Assembly: GCA_037139515.1 (NCBI GenBank)
Contig: JBAXGH010000002.1
Location: forward strand, 17,727 to 81,726
DNA: 64,000 bases
DNA from: a bacterium
GTDB lineage: Bacteria > Patescibacteriota > Patescibacteriia > JBAXGH01
Direction of reading: 5' to 3'
Shown: piece after piece, positions 36,767-45,959 of the stretch
Layout: each line of letters begins with the position of its first letter
Numbering within the stretch: position 1 is the first letter of the stretch
The notes under the pieces: model-generated
What the model was told of the DNA's origin: nothing
The model's database searches: none
What the model saw: the letters and a program-made list of their open reading frames with translations, nothing else
Program-made: the position numbers and the translations under genes

Positions 36767-37162
36767 ATGACCAGAGTTTTCAAACTATTATTCAAGATTT
36801 TTTGGCTCCCGGCGCTCGTTTTAGCCCTCCAATTGTGTCGCCAGAAATTCCTTTACGGGCATGACGACATCGACCCGATTGCGCATTTTTTTGGCGGTCT
36901 TGCCATCGCCCATAGCGCCTTTATAGTTGTAAAAGCTATCTACGGAAAGCTCAAAATCCCGACTCTATTCATGGCCACGTTCCTGATAATGTCAGGAGTC
37001 TATATCGGAGTTTTCTGGGAATGGTACGAATATATCCGATTTCACAATGATCCGACGATGGTGAATTGGCCCTGGTGGCCAGATACGCTCTATGATTTAT
37101 TCATGGACATGATAGGCGCCGGATCCTATGCTCTCACAGCCGCAATCAGAAAAAGAATTTAA
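36767..37162 (+). CDS. Hypothetical membrane protein
   Basis: Four hydrophobic segments; D..AHFFGG, WEWYE, DT..DL..D motifs typical of small metal-binding membrane families. Confidence 0.7.
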   Translation: MTRVFKLLFKIFWLPALVLALQLCRQKFLYGHDDIDPIAHFFGGLAIAHSAFIVVKAIYGKLKIPTLFMATFLIMSGVYIGVFWEWYEYIRFHNDPTMVNWPWWPDTLYDLFMDMIGAGSYALTAAIRKRI

Positions 37163-37168
37163 TTTCCC

Positions 37169-37197
37169 TTGACATATCAATCAATCAGGCGTAGCCT
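37169..37197 (+). promoter_or_regulatory. Promoter of initiator tRNA
   Basis: TTGACA-17 bp-TAGCCT. Confidence 0.6.
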
Positions 37198-37203
37198 TGT
37201 GCT

Positions 37204-37280
37204 CGCGGGGTAGAGCAGCCTGGCAGCTCGTCGGGCCCATAACCCGGAGGTCGTTGGTTCAAATCCAACCCCCGCAACCA
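37204..37280 (+). tRNA. Initiator tRNA-fMet(CAT)
   Basis: CGCGGGG 5' end with C1:A72 mismatch, GGG/CCC anticodon stem, encoded CCA. Confidence 0.95.
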
Positions 37281-37360
37281 AAAACACTCGTGGATAAACC
37301 ACGGGTATTTTTGTATTAAAAAACCGCCAGAAGCCCGGCGGGTAACTCGGAACCGAATCG

Positions 37361-38008
37361 CTATTTTTTCACCTTGAGCAGGATTTTCTCTTCTGGTCCA
37401 AGCACGAGCTCGGTGTCGCCAGGCTCTTCGAATCCGAAGTCGAAAGATGTCACGATTTGCGAGGGCATTCTTTTCCGCGTGATGACGGCGTAGAATCTCT
37501 CAAGGATCGACTTGTCGAAATCCGGCAAACCAGCCGCATGACGTTTCTGCTGATCAACGTGGGTATAAAACGCCTCAGGAAAGAATCTGAGATTCCTTCT
37601 ATCTATCGGCGCAATAACCCGAACATCGCCCTCTTCAATCGGCAGGAAATAACCGAAAAAGAAATCTAGAACTCCGAAACGAACAAACTCACTCTCGTTT
37701 TCGGAAACCTTTTTGATGAGCTCCCGAAGACTGCCGCCATTCGAAAAACCAAGCTCCGTCATGCTCGCGACCGCGAATTTGAAGCTCAAACCGCTGTAGT
37801 TGCGGATTTTTTCATTGCCCGCCTTTATCAGCTTGCTAAACGACACCTTCCGATTACAGAGTCTCGGCTTGGAAAGGTTTCCCCAATGGAGACGGTGCTC
37901 AAGACACCCGCAACTCAAGGGCAGCGCAAGGAGAGATAGCTGCAAATCTCCAAACATGGCTGTCTCTGTCTCACTCTCTTCATCAACCCGGGTCTCTTTC
38001 AGTAACAT
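37361..38008 (-). CDS. Hypothetical protein, paralog 1 of a tandem duplicated pair
   Basis: AAGGAG SD; shares GLPDFDKSILERFYAVITRKRMPS and LGPEEKILLKVKK with the next gene. Confidence 0.8.
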   Translation of the reverse strand: MLLKETRVDEESETETAMFGDLQLSLLALPLSCGCLEHRLHWGNLSKPRLCNRKVSFSKLIKAGNEKIRNYSGLSFKFAVASMTELGFSNGGSLRELIKKVSENESEFVRFGVLDFFFGYFLPIEEGDVRVIAPIDRRNLRFFPEAFYTHVDQQKRHAAGLPDFDKSILERFYAVITRKRMPSQIVTSFDFGFEEPGDTELVLGPEEKILLKVKK

Positions 38009-38209
38009 GAGGACTCCTTTTTGGCTGTTGGTCGTCCAAAGCTTGGCACCATAGAGCTATTCTGTCAAGCCGGAGACATCGGCTCTTATGCGTAGCAATT
38101 GCGTTGTGAAATAGGCTGGTTTGAACATGAAAGGATTCGGGGAACCACAGGAAATTTTACATAAAAAAAAATCCGCCAGAAGCCCGGCGGGCAACTCAGA
38201 ACCGAACCC

Positions 38210-38845
38210 CTACTTCTTCACCTTGAGCAGAATCTTCTCCTCTGGACCAAGCCTGAGCTCAGCATCGCCAGGCTCTTCTAACCTGATGTGAAAATGCGTT
38301 ACGATCCGCGACGGCATTCTTTTCCGCGTGATGACGGCGTAGAACCTTTCGAGAATGGACTTGTCGAAGTCCGGAAGCCCTGATTCTCGACGCTTTCTCT
38401 GATCTTCGACCGTGTAAAACGAATCCGGCGAGTATCTCAGACTGTCTCGAGTTATCGGCATGACAACCTGATCACCATCCTCCTCAATCGGAAAGACGTG
38501 ACCGAAGAACGAATCCGCTGACCCGAAAAGAGCGAACTCGCCTCCTCCCTCAGAAACCTTCCCGACCAGCTCCCGAAGACTTCCACCACTCGGAAAACCA
38601 AGCTCGGCCATGCTCACGACGGCGCACCTGACGCTATATCTGTCGAGCGTATTTTCTTTCACCCTCATGAGCTGGCTGAAAGAAATACTTTGCCCGCAAA
38701 GTCTTGGCGTAGGTGGCGTTATTCTGAGAAAATACTCAAGATCTTCACAGCCCATGGGTTTTGGAAAACAAGCCATAGGCACGATTCCGTAGGCAACCGC
38801 TTTACGAGCATTTTTCGCATCAACGAAGATTTCTTTCCGCAGCAT
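38210..38845 (-). CDS. Hypothetical protein, paralog 2 of a tandem duplicated pair
   Basis: Start moved to MLRKE (ATG 38845, after AAGGAG) by alignment with paralog 1. Confidence 0.8.
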   Translation of the reverse strand: MLRKEIFVDAKNARKAVAYGIVPMACFPKPMGCEDLEYFLRITPPTPRLCGQSISFSQLMRVKENTLDRYSVRCAVVSMAELGFPSGGSLRELVGKVSEGGGEFALFGSADSFFGHVFPIEEDGDQVVMPITRDSLRYSPDSFYTVEDQRKRRESGLPDFDKSILERFYAVITRKRMPSRIVTHFHIRLEEPGDAELRLGPEEKILLKVKK

Positions 38846-38990
38846 GGACTCTCCTTTTTGGCTGTTCGGCATTGAAACCTTGGCACTACACAGCCATTTC
38901 GTCAAGTCCACAGCCTTGACTTCGGCCTTATTTCATGATAGCTTGCTGAGCATCCAAGTTAGGCCAAAAAACTAACCCCAGGAGGCACTT

Positions 38991-39203
38991 TTGGACTCAA
39001 ACGAACACGACGAAAACCTGGAAAACAAGTTGGAGTTCTTGTACGCCTGTCTGCACAAGAACTTCGCCCTCGGAGACAAGGTTCTCCCGAAGCTTCAAGG
39101 GACACTCACGGACCTCACGACCGTGAATCACAACTACAACCTCTACAAGTTGGACCCGACTTCGGAATACCTGACAATCATGCGTGATACGCTCATGAAG
39201 TAG
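38991..39203 (+). CDS. Small hypothetical protein (orphan)
   Basis: TTG start after GGAGG; TTGACT-17-TAGCTT promoter (38916-38944); hairpin terminator downstream. Confidence 0.6.
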   Translation: MDSNEHDENLENKLEFLYACLHKNFALGDKVLPKLQGTLTDLTTVNHNYNLYKLDPTSEYLTIMRDTLMK

Positions 39204-39271
39204 CCGTCGCGCCTCAAACAAAACGCTAGCCCGAGAAATCCGGACTGGCGCATTTTATTTAGTGATAATTA

Positions 39272-40453
39272 TTACCCCATCATCGCGCGGTGCAAGGCTG
39301 CGAGCGTCGCTTTAGCTGTTTTTTCCCAAGTGAATTCCGCCGCCCGTTTCTTCCCTACTTCTCCGAAGTGTTTTCGCGAAGTTTCATCGCGAAGCAGACG
39401 CGCCATACCAAGATACATCTCGTTCGTGAATTCCGGATCGACAAGAAGCCCCGCGTTCCCGACAAGCTCCGGAATCGCACCGCGGTTTGCGGCAAGCACC
39501 GGTGTCCCGACGCTCATCGCTTCCAAAACAGGTAAACCAAAATCCTCGAATAAAACCGGATACGCAAAAATCTCGGCGCGTTCAAGCAAATCCCACTTTT
39601 CTTCGGCGCTCACGTATCCCAAATAGCGAATCGCGCGCCGGCCGAGAATCCCCTGAAGTTCGTCGTTAAAGATTTCCATTTCTTCGAAAACAAAATCACT
39701 TCCCGCGCCCTTAGCGCCAGCAATCGCAAGTGACAAATCTGTCGAATCATTCGCATGTTCCCGACACTCGCGCACAAAAGCCGACATCAACCCGTGAAGA
39801 TTTTTGCGCGGTTCAATCGTGCCCAGGAAGAAAACAAATCTCTCCGGCAAACCAAATTTGATGCGCGAGTCATATGTACGGTTTTCAACATTCGGCGTCT
39901 CCTCGACCGTTCCGTCCGACAAAGTAAAGTGAAATTGCGGAGTCACGCCACACGGGATCACTTCGATTTTTTCCGGTTTGATTTTTAAAGCTTTCACCGC
40001 TTCGTGTTTTGCATATTCCGAAAACACAATCACCCGCGATGCTTTTGAAGCTGCGAAACCTTCTGGACTATGCGGCAATAAACCGTAGACTTCGTGTAAA
40101 ACCACAACCTTTTTGCCCATAAAACCTCCAGCAGCCGCTTCACCCGAAGGCTCAAGCAGAACATCCAGCCGCTCTTTCGCGTAGAGCGCCGGCAGAAAAA
40201 CTCCGGTATAAAAATCCGGCAAGTGCTTGCGATATTCGTGAAACGGAAAATGCTTGATCGTGACATTCGGCGCCGCACCCAAAAACTCTCGCACAGCAGC
40301 GAGCGAAACATTGGTATCAAAAAACAAAACGTAGCGATTCGCGGGATCGTTTTTAACGAGAGCCTCAACCAAACAATAAGTGTAATGCCCCACCCCGGCC
40401 GATTCACCAAAACCGGGATTCAAAATAGTCCGGCAATCAATACCGATTTTCAT
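39272..40453 (-). CDS. Glycosyltransferase family 4
   Basis: MKIGIDCR, FLGTIEPRKNL, EDFGLPVLEAM, FTWEKTA. Confidence 0.9.
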   Translation of the reverse strand: MKIGIDCRTILNPGFGESAGVGHYTYCLVEALVKNDPANRYVLFFDTNVSLAAVREFLGAAPNVTIKHFPFHEYRKHLPDFYTGVFLPALYAKERLDVLLEPSGEAAAGGFMGKKVVVLHEVYGLLPHSPEGFAASKASRVIVFSEYAKHEAVKALKIKPEKIEVIPCGVTPQFHFTLSDGTVEETPNVENRTYDSRIKFGLPERFVFFLGTIEPRKNLHGLMSAFVRECREHANDSTDLSLAIAGAKGAGSDFVFEEMEIFNDELQGILGRRAIRYLGYVSAEEKWDLLERAEIFAYPVLFEDFGLPVLEAMSVGTPVLAANRGAIPELVGNAGLLVDPEFTNEMYLGMARLLRDETSRKHFGEVGKKRAAEFTWEKTAKATLAALHRAMMG

Positions 40454-40487
40454 ATGCAGGTATTGTACCAGCTCCTAAACCAAAACT

Positions 40488-40513
40488 GGATCCCTCGGCT
40501 TCGAGATGACAAC
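40488..40513 (-). repeat. REP-like palindromic element
   Basis: ggatccctcggcttcgagatgacaac, reverse complement of the 42600 / 34985 family. Confidence 0.7.
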
Positions 40514-40516
40514 AAG

Positions 40517-41002
40517 TTAAAAAATCCTGATAAGCCCGAGGGTTGCAAAAGTCACAATCAGACCGGCGCCGACAATGCCGAGTATCATCGAAATAATGGT
40601 GATTCTTTTCGGCAAACCCATGACATGAGCGGCGGCAGCGCCAGTCCAGGCGCCGGTTAAAGGCAATGGAATTGCGATAAAAATAGCCAAACCAATTGCG
40701 CCATACTTCGCATGCGTACCAGCAAAAGACTTTCTGGCCCGCGCCAAATATCTTTGCACGATTAAGTTGCACGATGGCAATCTTTTAACGCAGAACGATT
40801 CGATCGGCTGAAGAGAATATAAAAACAAAATCGAAAGCGCAGCGTTCCCGATGATTGCCCAAAGAAACGCCGAAACCGCGCTCAGGTGCAAAACCTGCAT
40901 GCCGAATGGAATGCCAGCGCGCAACTCAACTACCGGAAGTCCGCTTAAAACCGCGGTCACAAGCTCCGGCGGAAAAAAATTCATTATGTCTGTGAGATTC
41001 AT
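40517..41002 (-). CDS. Small multidrug export family membrane protein (COG2426-like)
   Basis: LPVVELRAGIP, FIAIPLPLTGAWTG. Confidence 0.85.
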   Translation of the reverse strand: MNLTDIMNFFPPELVTAVLSGLPVVELRAGIPFGMQVLHLSAVSAFLWAIIGNAALSILFLYSLQPIESFCVKRLPSCNLIVQRYLARARKSFAGTHAKYGAIGLAIFIAIPLPLTGAWTGAAAAHVMGLPKRITIISMILGIVGAGLIVTFATLGLIRIF

Positions 41003-41961
41003 AATTCCCAGGTAAAAGCATCAAAAGTCCAAACCGCGAGGGATTTTACTTCTTGAAACCTAAGCTCGTGAGCCGTCGCTCCAAGCACGATAATATCAAT
41101 CGTGTGTCCGCCGTACTTCACCGCCTGTGCCAGACAATATCCAGCCTCGTCTATAAAACCGGTTTTTCCACCGATGATTCCGTATGGCTTGCGATCCAAA
41201 AAAGTTCCGAGAAGCTCATTCGTCACGTCGACTTTATATTTTTTTCCGGCTTTTGAAACTATGCTGATGCTCGGCGAAGTGGTGGCGCGGCGAATATCAG
41301 CATATTGCATAGCCGCCCGCAGCATTTTTTCAACTCCGAGCGCGGTCGACTGATTTAGAGCGTTCAGCCCCGTCGGTTCCACAAAATTCGCGTCAATCCC
41401 CAGCTCTTCCGCCTTAGCATTCATGCGCGCCACAAAATATTCACGCGTTAAACCACTGGTTCGCACAAGCGCCGCAACCACATTGTTTGATGAAGCGCCG
41501 AGCGCCACCTGAAACAATTCACCGCGGGTAAAAACATCTCCAGGTTCAAAATGATACTTGCCGACCGACTGGCGGTCATCTTCGGACATCTCAATTTCCG
41601 TCTTCGGATTGAGCTTTAAATCCTCATAGACAAGCGCCGTCATGAGTTTTGTGAGACTCGCGAGCGTGCGCTTTTCACCGATATTCTTTGAAAATAATAC
41701 TCGACCGGTATCAGCATCGACCACAATTGCGGAAGGCGCCGTAAGCTCAATCCCCAAACGACGCGGATCTTTTTTATGCGGCAAAACACTGTCAGCCATC
41801 GGAAAACTGTTTCTAAAAGCAGCTTTAAAAATCGAAGTTTGCGGGGTATCCACGACAAAATCGACACGCGCGAGTTCCGCCTGGGCATCATAAACCTGCG
41901 CGCCCTGAGCAATCAGGACGAAAAGCGCTGCGATTGCGATGTGGCGCAGATGATGACGCAT
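40999..41961 (-). CDS. D-Ala-D-Ala carboxypeptidase / endopeptidase (peptidase S11)
   Basis: ASLTK (SxxK), SSN (SxN), KTG triad; signal peptide. Confidence 0.9.
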   Translation of the reverse strand: MRHHLRHIAIAALFVLIAQGAQVYDAQAELARVDFVVDTPQTSIFKAAFRNSFPMADSVLPHKKDPRRLGIELTAPSAIVVDADTGRVLFSKNIGEKRTLASLTKLMTALVYEDLKLNPKTEIEMSEDDRQSVGKYHFEPGDVFTRGELFQVALGASSNNVVAALVRTSGLTREYFVARMNAKAEELGIDANFVEPTGLNALNQSTALGVEKMLRAAMQYADIRRATTSPSISIVSKAGKKYKVDVTNELLGTFLDRKPYGIIGGKTGFIDEAGYCLAQAVKYGGHTIDIIVLGATAHELRFQEVKSLAVWTFDAFTWEL

Positions 41962-41971
41962 GGGGTGGGGG

Positions 41972-42017
41972 TTAGAGCTTAGAGATTAGAGGTTAGAGCT
42001 TAGGGAAACATTTTTCG
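41972..42017. repeat. TTAGAG(C/A/G) heptamer array with GGGAAACATTTT tail
   Basis: ttagagc-ttagaga-ttagagg-ttagagc-ttaggga-aacatttttcg. Confidence 0.75.
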
Positions 42018-42573
42018 GGCCTTCATTTTCGGGTACGGCTTTCAGTTCGCTCAGCGCTCTTTCCAAATCCGGATGATGACGCAGCGTTTCGTATTCCGGC
42101 AAAGTCGCGACCCCGGTCACGCCCAAGTGCCCAAGGAATGCATGCGTCACCTGATAGGTCAGTTCCCCGTTCGCATTTTGAATCTCTTCAATCAGCCCAC
42201 GTACAAGCAGGTTTCGAATGATGAGCGCGCAGTTCACGCCGCGGATTTGTTCCATTTCCGGCTTCGTGACCGGACCTCGATAGCTTATGACGGCAAGTGT
42301 TTCGAGCGCCGGTCGCGTGAGTTCCCCGTGTTCATCGGCGCGCAAAAACTTTTTTACCACTTCCGCTGATTCCGGCGCCGTACCGAGCGACAGCTTATCA
42401 GCGTGCAAAATCAATCTTAAACCGGAATTTTCTTGATTATATTTCTTTTCGATTTCGATAATCGCTGCGTTCACCGCGTCTATTTCAGCACCCAAAATTC
42501 TCACTAACTCAAAAGGCGAAACCGGTTTAACGGCGACAAATAAGATCGATTCGATTTGAGATGAGAGAGACAT
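41986..42573 (-). CDS. scpB: SMC-Scp complex subunit ScpB
   Basis: IESILFV, LETLAVISYRGPVTKPEMEQIRGVN. Confidence 0.92.
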   Translation of the reverse strand: MSLSSQIESILFVAVKPVSPFELVRILGAEIDAVNAAIIEIEKKYNQENSGLRLILHADKLSLGTAPESAEVVKKFLRADEHGELTRPALETLAVISYRGPVTKPEMEQIRGVNCALIIRNLLVRGLIEEIQNANGELTYQVTHAFLGHLGVTGVATLPEYETLRHHPDLERALSELKAVPENEGPKNVSLSSNL

Positions 42574-42599
42574 ACCCGGTTCGTCATCCTGCATTCAGT

Positions 42600-42663
42600 G
42601 TTGTCATCCCGAAGCCGAGGGATCTTGGCGTTCTTGATGTTTCGCTGTGCTCAACATGACAAC
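42600..42663 (+). repeat. Two-armed REP-like element between scpA and scpB
   Basis: gttgtcatcccgaagccgagggatct...gatgtttcgctgtgctcaacatgacaac; ends are inverted (gttgtcat/atgacaac). Confidence 0.7.
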
Positions 42664-42664
42664 T

Positions 42665-43384
42665 TTAGTGTTCTGACTTTTTTATTAAGATATCACAAAA
42701 CGCCGCTTCCTGCTCGACATGCACGACCCGTTGTTTAACAAGTTCAAGAAGTGCCAAAAAGCTCACTACGACGTCGCCCTTCGATTCCGCATCACTCAGA
42801 TACTCATGAAAAGCCATGGTGGTGCGCTCATGAATCATGCGTTCGAGTTGTTCCATTTTTTCGGCGAGCGAAACCACCCGACGCACCCGAGTTTCTTCAA
42901 GATTCGCAAATGGTTTCAAGCGCGCTACGACGGCCGCGAAAGCTTCGCGCAAAGTCGCTGCCGTTGAGTTATTCGACGGCGCGAATTTCGGACCTTCGTC
43001 GAGCACAAAAGTTTTCTCACGCGCAAAAAGTCTGCCATCTTTCTTCCACATCTGCTCAAGCTTTTTCGAAGCCGCCAGAAAATCACGATAAATCTTGAGT
43101 TGGGTTTCCAAGTCGAAACCGGATTCAGCTTCCAACTCCGGATCCGGCAATAACAATGATGACTTTAAATACAATAAACGCGTGGCGACAACCAAAAAAT
43201 CAGCCATCTCATGAGGCATTTTCTCCTCAATAGAATTCAGATGCGCTAAATACTCTTCGGTCACTTTTGCAAGCGAGACTTTGGTAATATCAAGCTTCTC
43301 CTTGTCGATTAATTCAAGGAGAAGTTCGAGCGGACCCGAAAAATGTTCGTGCGTGAATTGATATGGCACAAAAACTGACGACAT
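42665..43384 (-). CDS. scpA: Segregation and condensation protein ScpA (start uncertain)
   Basis: FSGPLELLLELI, ADFLVVATRLLYLKS, VVSFLALLELVK. Confidence 0.92.
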   Translation of the reverse strand: MSSVFVPYQFTHEHFSGPLELLLELIDKEKLDITKVSLAKVTEEYLAHLNSIEEKMPHEMADFLVVATRLLYLKSSLLLPDPELEAESGFDLETQLKIYRDFLAASKKLEQMWKKDGRLFAREKTFVLDEGPKFAPSNNSTAATLREAFAAVVARLKPFANLEETRVRRVVSLAEKMEQLERMIHERTTMAFHEYLSDAESKGDVVVSFLALLELVKQRVVHVEQEAAFCDILIKKSEH

Positions 43385-43442
43385 CGTGTAACTTGTATCC
43401 TGTATCGATGACAGTTGACGATACATGATGCACGATACACGA
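43383..43442. repeat. Inverted heptamer (GATACAC-type) repeat hairpin between aspS and scpA
   Basis: tcgtgta-acttgta-tcctgta-tc ... gatacat-gatgcac-gatacac. Confidence 0.7.
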
Positions 43443-43444
43443 AG

Positions 43445-44857
43445 TTATTTTTTCTCCTGAGCGCGAACCGCGGCCTGAGAAAGTCTGATATGAACCTCAT
43501 CGAGCGCCTTGTCTGGCATCGGAGCTGGAGCATTCATCATCAAATCCTTAGCATCGCCGGTTTTTGGGAACGGAATTACTTCGCGAATATTTTCTTCATT
43601 CGCGAGAATCATAATCATTCGGTCAATGCCGGACGCGATTCCGCCGTGTGGCGGCGCTCCAAATTCAAAGGCCTCAAGCATATGTCCGAACCGTTCACGA
43701 ATTGTAGTTTCATCGAGTCCGAGAATCTGAAAAACCTTATTCTGCAATTCGCGTTTGTGAATGCGCATCGATCCACCAAAAACCTCATTCCCGTTCAAAA
43801 CCAAATCATAAGCATTAGCGCGAGCCCTCAGAGGCTCGGTCTCGAGAAGATGAGCATCTTCCGGAAGCGGCGAAGTGAACGGATGATGAACCGCCTGAAT
43901 AGAACCATCATCGGCTTTTTCAAACATCGGAAAATCAACCACCCATTCAAAAGCGAGCAAGTTTTTATCAGCTTTATCTGCGCGGAAATCAGGCTTATCA
44001 TTGCCGTATTTTTCCATCGCATCTTTATACGTGATGCGTGGGAATGGCGCCGACTGGATTTTCTTTTCCGGTGCCACAGTTTTAACAAGCTCAAGCACCA
44101 TTTCCTCGACGAGCTTCAAGATATCCTCTTGCGAAGCAAAAGAAAGCTCCATATCGAGCTGGGTGAATTCCGGCTGACGGTCGCCGCGCTGATCTTCGTC
44201 ACGAAAACAACGCGCCACTTGAAAATATCGCTCGACACCTGCCACCATCAATAGCTGCTTGAATTGCTGCGGCGATTGCGGCAACACATACATCGAACCG
44301 GGATGGATACGCGACGGCACCAAAAACTCGCGCGAACCTTCCGGCGTGCCTTTTGTAAGATACGGAGTCTCGATTTCGATGAAATCTTTTTTATGCAAAT
44401 AATCGCGAAAGAAAGTTTCGACTTTATCACGAAGCTTCAAATTTTTAAGCATTCTTTCGCTTCGCAAATCCAAATAGCGATATTTCAAACGCAATTCTTC
44501 GCCGACAAGCTTGGTATCTTTGTCGACTTCAAAAGCCGGGGTCTTCGACTCGTTCAAAACTTCAAGTTCGAGTGCGAGCATTTCAACCGTGCCGGTAACC
44601 ATATCCGGATTCACCTGCTTTGCCGGACGAGCATTGATTTTGCCTTTGATGGCCACGCAAAATTCGGAACGCAAAACGTTCGCAGAAGCTAGCAGTTCTT
44701 TATTATCGGGCGCAAAAACAACCTGAATCAAACCTGAGCGATCGCGTAAATCGATAAAAATCAACTTACCCATGTCGCGACGGCGATTGACCCAGCCCTT
44801 CAGCAACACTTCTTCGCCAACTTTTCCAACCGTTTCCGAGACAAAAATACGTTCCAT
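43445..44857 (-). CDS. aspS: Aspartate--tRNA ligase (bacterial type, lacking GAD insertion)
   Basis: GWVNRRRDMG, LPQSPQQFKQ, FRDED..DRQPEFTQLD, HHPFT, PPHGGIASG. Confidence 0.95.
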   Translation of the reverse strand: MERIFVSETVGKVGEEVLLKGWVNRRRDMGKLIFIDLRDRSGLIQVVFAPDNKELLASANVLRSEFCVAIKGKINARPAKQVNPDMVTGTVEMLALELEVLNESKTPAFEVDKDTKLVGEELRLKYRYLDLRSERMLKNLKLRDKVETFFRDYLHKKDFIEIETPYLTKGTPEGSREFLVPSRIHPGSMYVLPQSPQQFKQLLMVAGVERYFQVARCFRDEDQRGDRQPEFTQLDMELSFASQEDILKLVEEMVLELVKTVAPEKKIQSAPFPRITYKDAMEKYGNDKPDFRADKADKNLLAFEWVVDFPMFEKADDGSIQAVHHPFTSPLPEDAHLLETEPLRARANAYDLVLNGNEVFGGSMRIHKRELQNKVFQILGLDETTIRERFGHMLEAFEFGAPPHGGIASGIDRMIMILANEENIREVIPFPKTGDAKDLMMNAPAPMPDKALDEVHIRLSQAAVRAQEKK

Positions 44858-44905
44858 ATCATGATGGTTATATGCTCGAAAGTCTATCAACAAAAAATCA
44901 AAAAA

Positions 44906-45949
44906 TCAAGAAATCAAAGCTTCCCACGGGAAACCTTCGCGACCGAAATGCCCATATGCTGAGGTTTTTTGATAGATTGGGCGGCGCAAATCAAGCCGCT
45001 CGATAATCGCCCGCGGCTTGAAGTCGAATTCACTCAAATATCGCGATAAATCTTCGCCATTTTCGTTAATCGCCGTAACCATCACCGGTTCCGCGCGACC
45101 GATTGCGTAGCCGACCGAAACCAGACATCGTTTTGCGAGTCCGCGCGCCACCAAGTTTTTTGCGACAAATCGGCACATGTAAGCGGCCGAGCGGTCAACT
45201 TTTGTCGGATCTTTGCCGGAGAAAGCTCCGCCACCATGAGGTGCTAATCCGCCATAAGTGTCAACCATGATTTTGCGTCCGGTTAAACCGGTATCGGCCT
45301 CAAAGCCGCCAAGCACAAACAAACCCGTCGGATTCACTAAGATTTCGACACCGCTCAAATCACCGACCACGGGCGCAATTAGCTTTTCGATAAGCGTGCG
45401 CTTGATTTCTTCCTGCGAAACCGCGGCATCATGCTGAGTACTCACGAGAACGCTCGTCACGCGATCGCCGTCAATCACCACCTGAGTTTTTCCATCTGGC
45501 TTGAGCCACCCAAGTTCGCCAGATTTTCGCAATCGCTCCAATCCGGCCGCTAGTTTCTGCACCAAAACCACCCCGCACGGCAAAAACTCCGGCGTTTCAT
45601 CACAGGCATATCCGTACATAATCCCCTGGTCGCCGGCGCCACCAGTATCGACGCCCTGCGCGATATCCGGCGACTGCTCGACGACACGCGTGATGATTTC
45701 AAGCGGCTCAAGATAACCAATCTCGTCGTAAACCGAGCGCGCGATTTTTTCATAATCCGGCTTCGCGAGTGTCGTAACTTCCCCGCCGACAATGAGTAAC
45801 CCGTGGCAACCAAAACTCTCGATTGCGACACGACTCTTCGGATCCTCACGCAAACAAGCATCCAAAACCGCATCGGAAATTTGATCGCAAACTTTATCAG
45901 GATGACCGGACGTAACACTTTCGACGGTATAAATGCGCGGCGAGTACAT
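44906..45949 (-). CDS. metK: S-adenosylmethionine synthetase
   Basis: ESVTSGHPDKVCDQISD, GAGDQG, GGGAFSGKDPTKVDRS. Confidence 0.95.
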   Translation of the reverse strand: MYSPRIYTVESVTSGHPDKVCDQISDAVLDACLREDPKSRVAIESFGCHGLLIVGGEVTTLAKPDYEKIARSVYDEIGYLEPLEIITRVVEQSPDIAQGVDTGGAGDQGIMYGYACDETPEFLPCGVVLVQKLAAGLERLRKSGELGWLKPDGKTQVVIDGDRVTSVLVSTQHDAAVSQEEIKRTLIEKLIAPVVGDLSGVEILVNPTGLFVLGGFEADTGLTGRKIMVDTYGGLAPHGGGAFSGKDPTKVDRSAAYMCRFVAKNLVARGLAKRCLVSVGYAIGRAEPVMVTAINENGEDLSRYLSEFDFKPRAIIERLDLRRPIYQKTSAYGHFGREGFPWEALIS

Positions 45950-45959
45950 AAGCCAAAAC

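Noticed and set aside
36178-36795. ORFs 36178-36450, 36512-36760 and 36607-36795
   Set aside because: They overlap tRNA genes and hairpin elements and have no protein-like features
37281-39270. Integrative element at tRNA-fMet
   Set aside because: Orphan genes follow the tRNA, but no integrase and no duplicated tRNA-fMet 3' end were found
43415-44254. 279-aa plus-strand ORF (and similar ORFs such as 61393-62094)
   Set aside because: Antisense to aspS and to ribosomal protein genes; typical shadow ORFs
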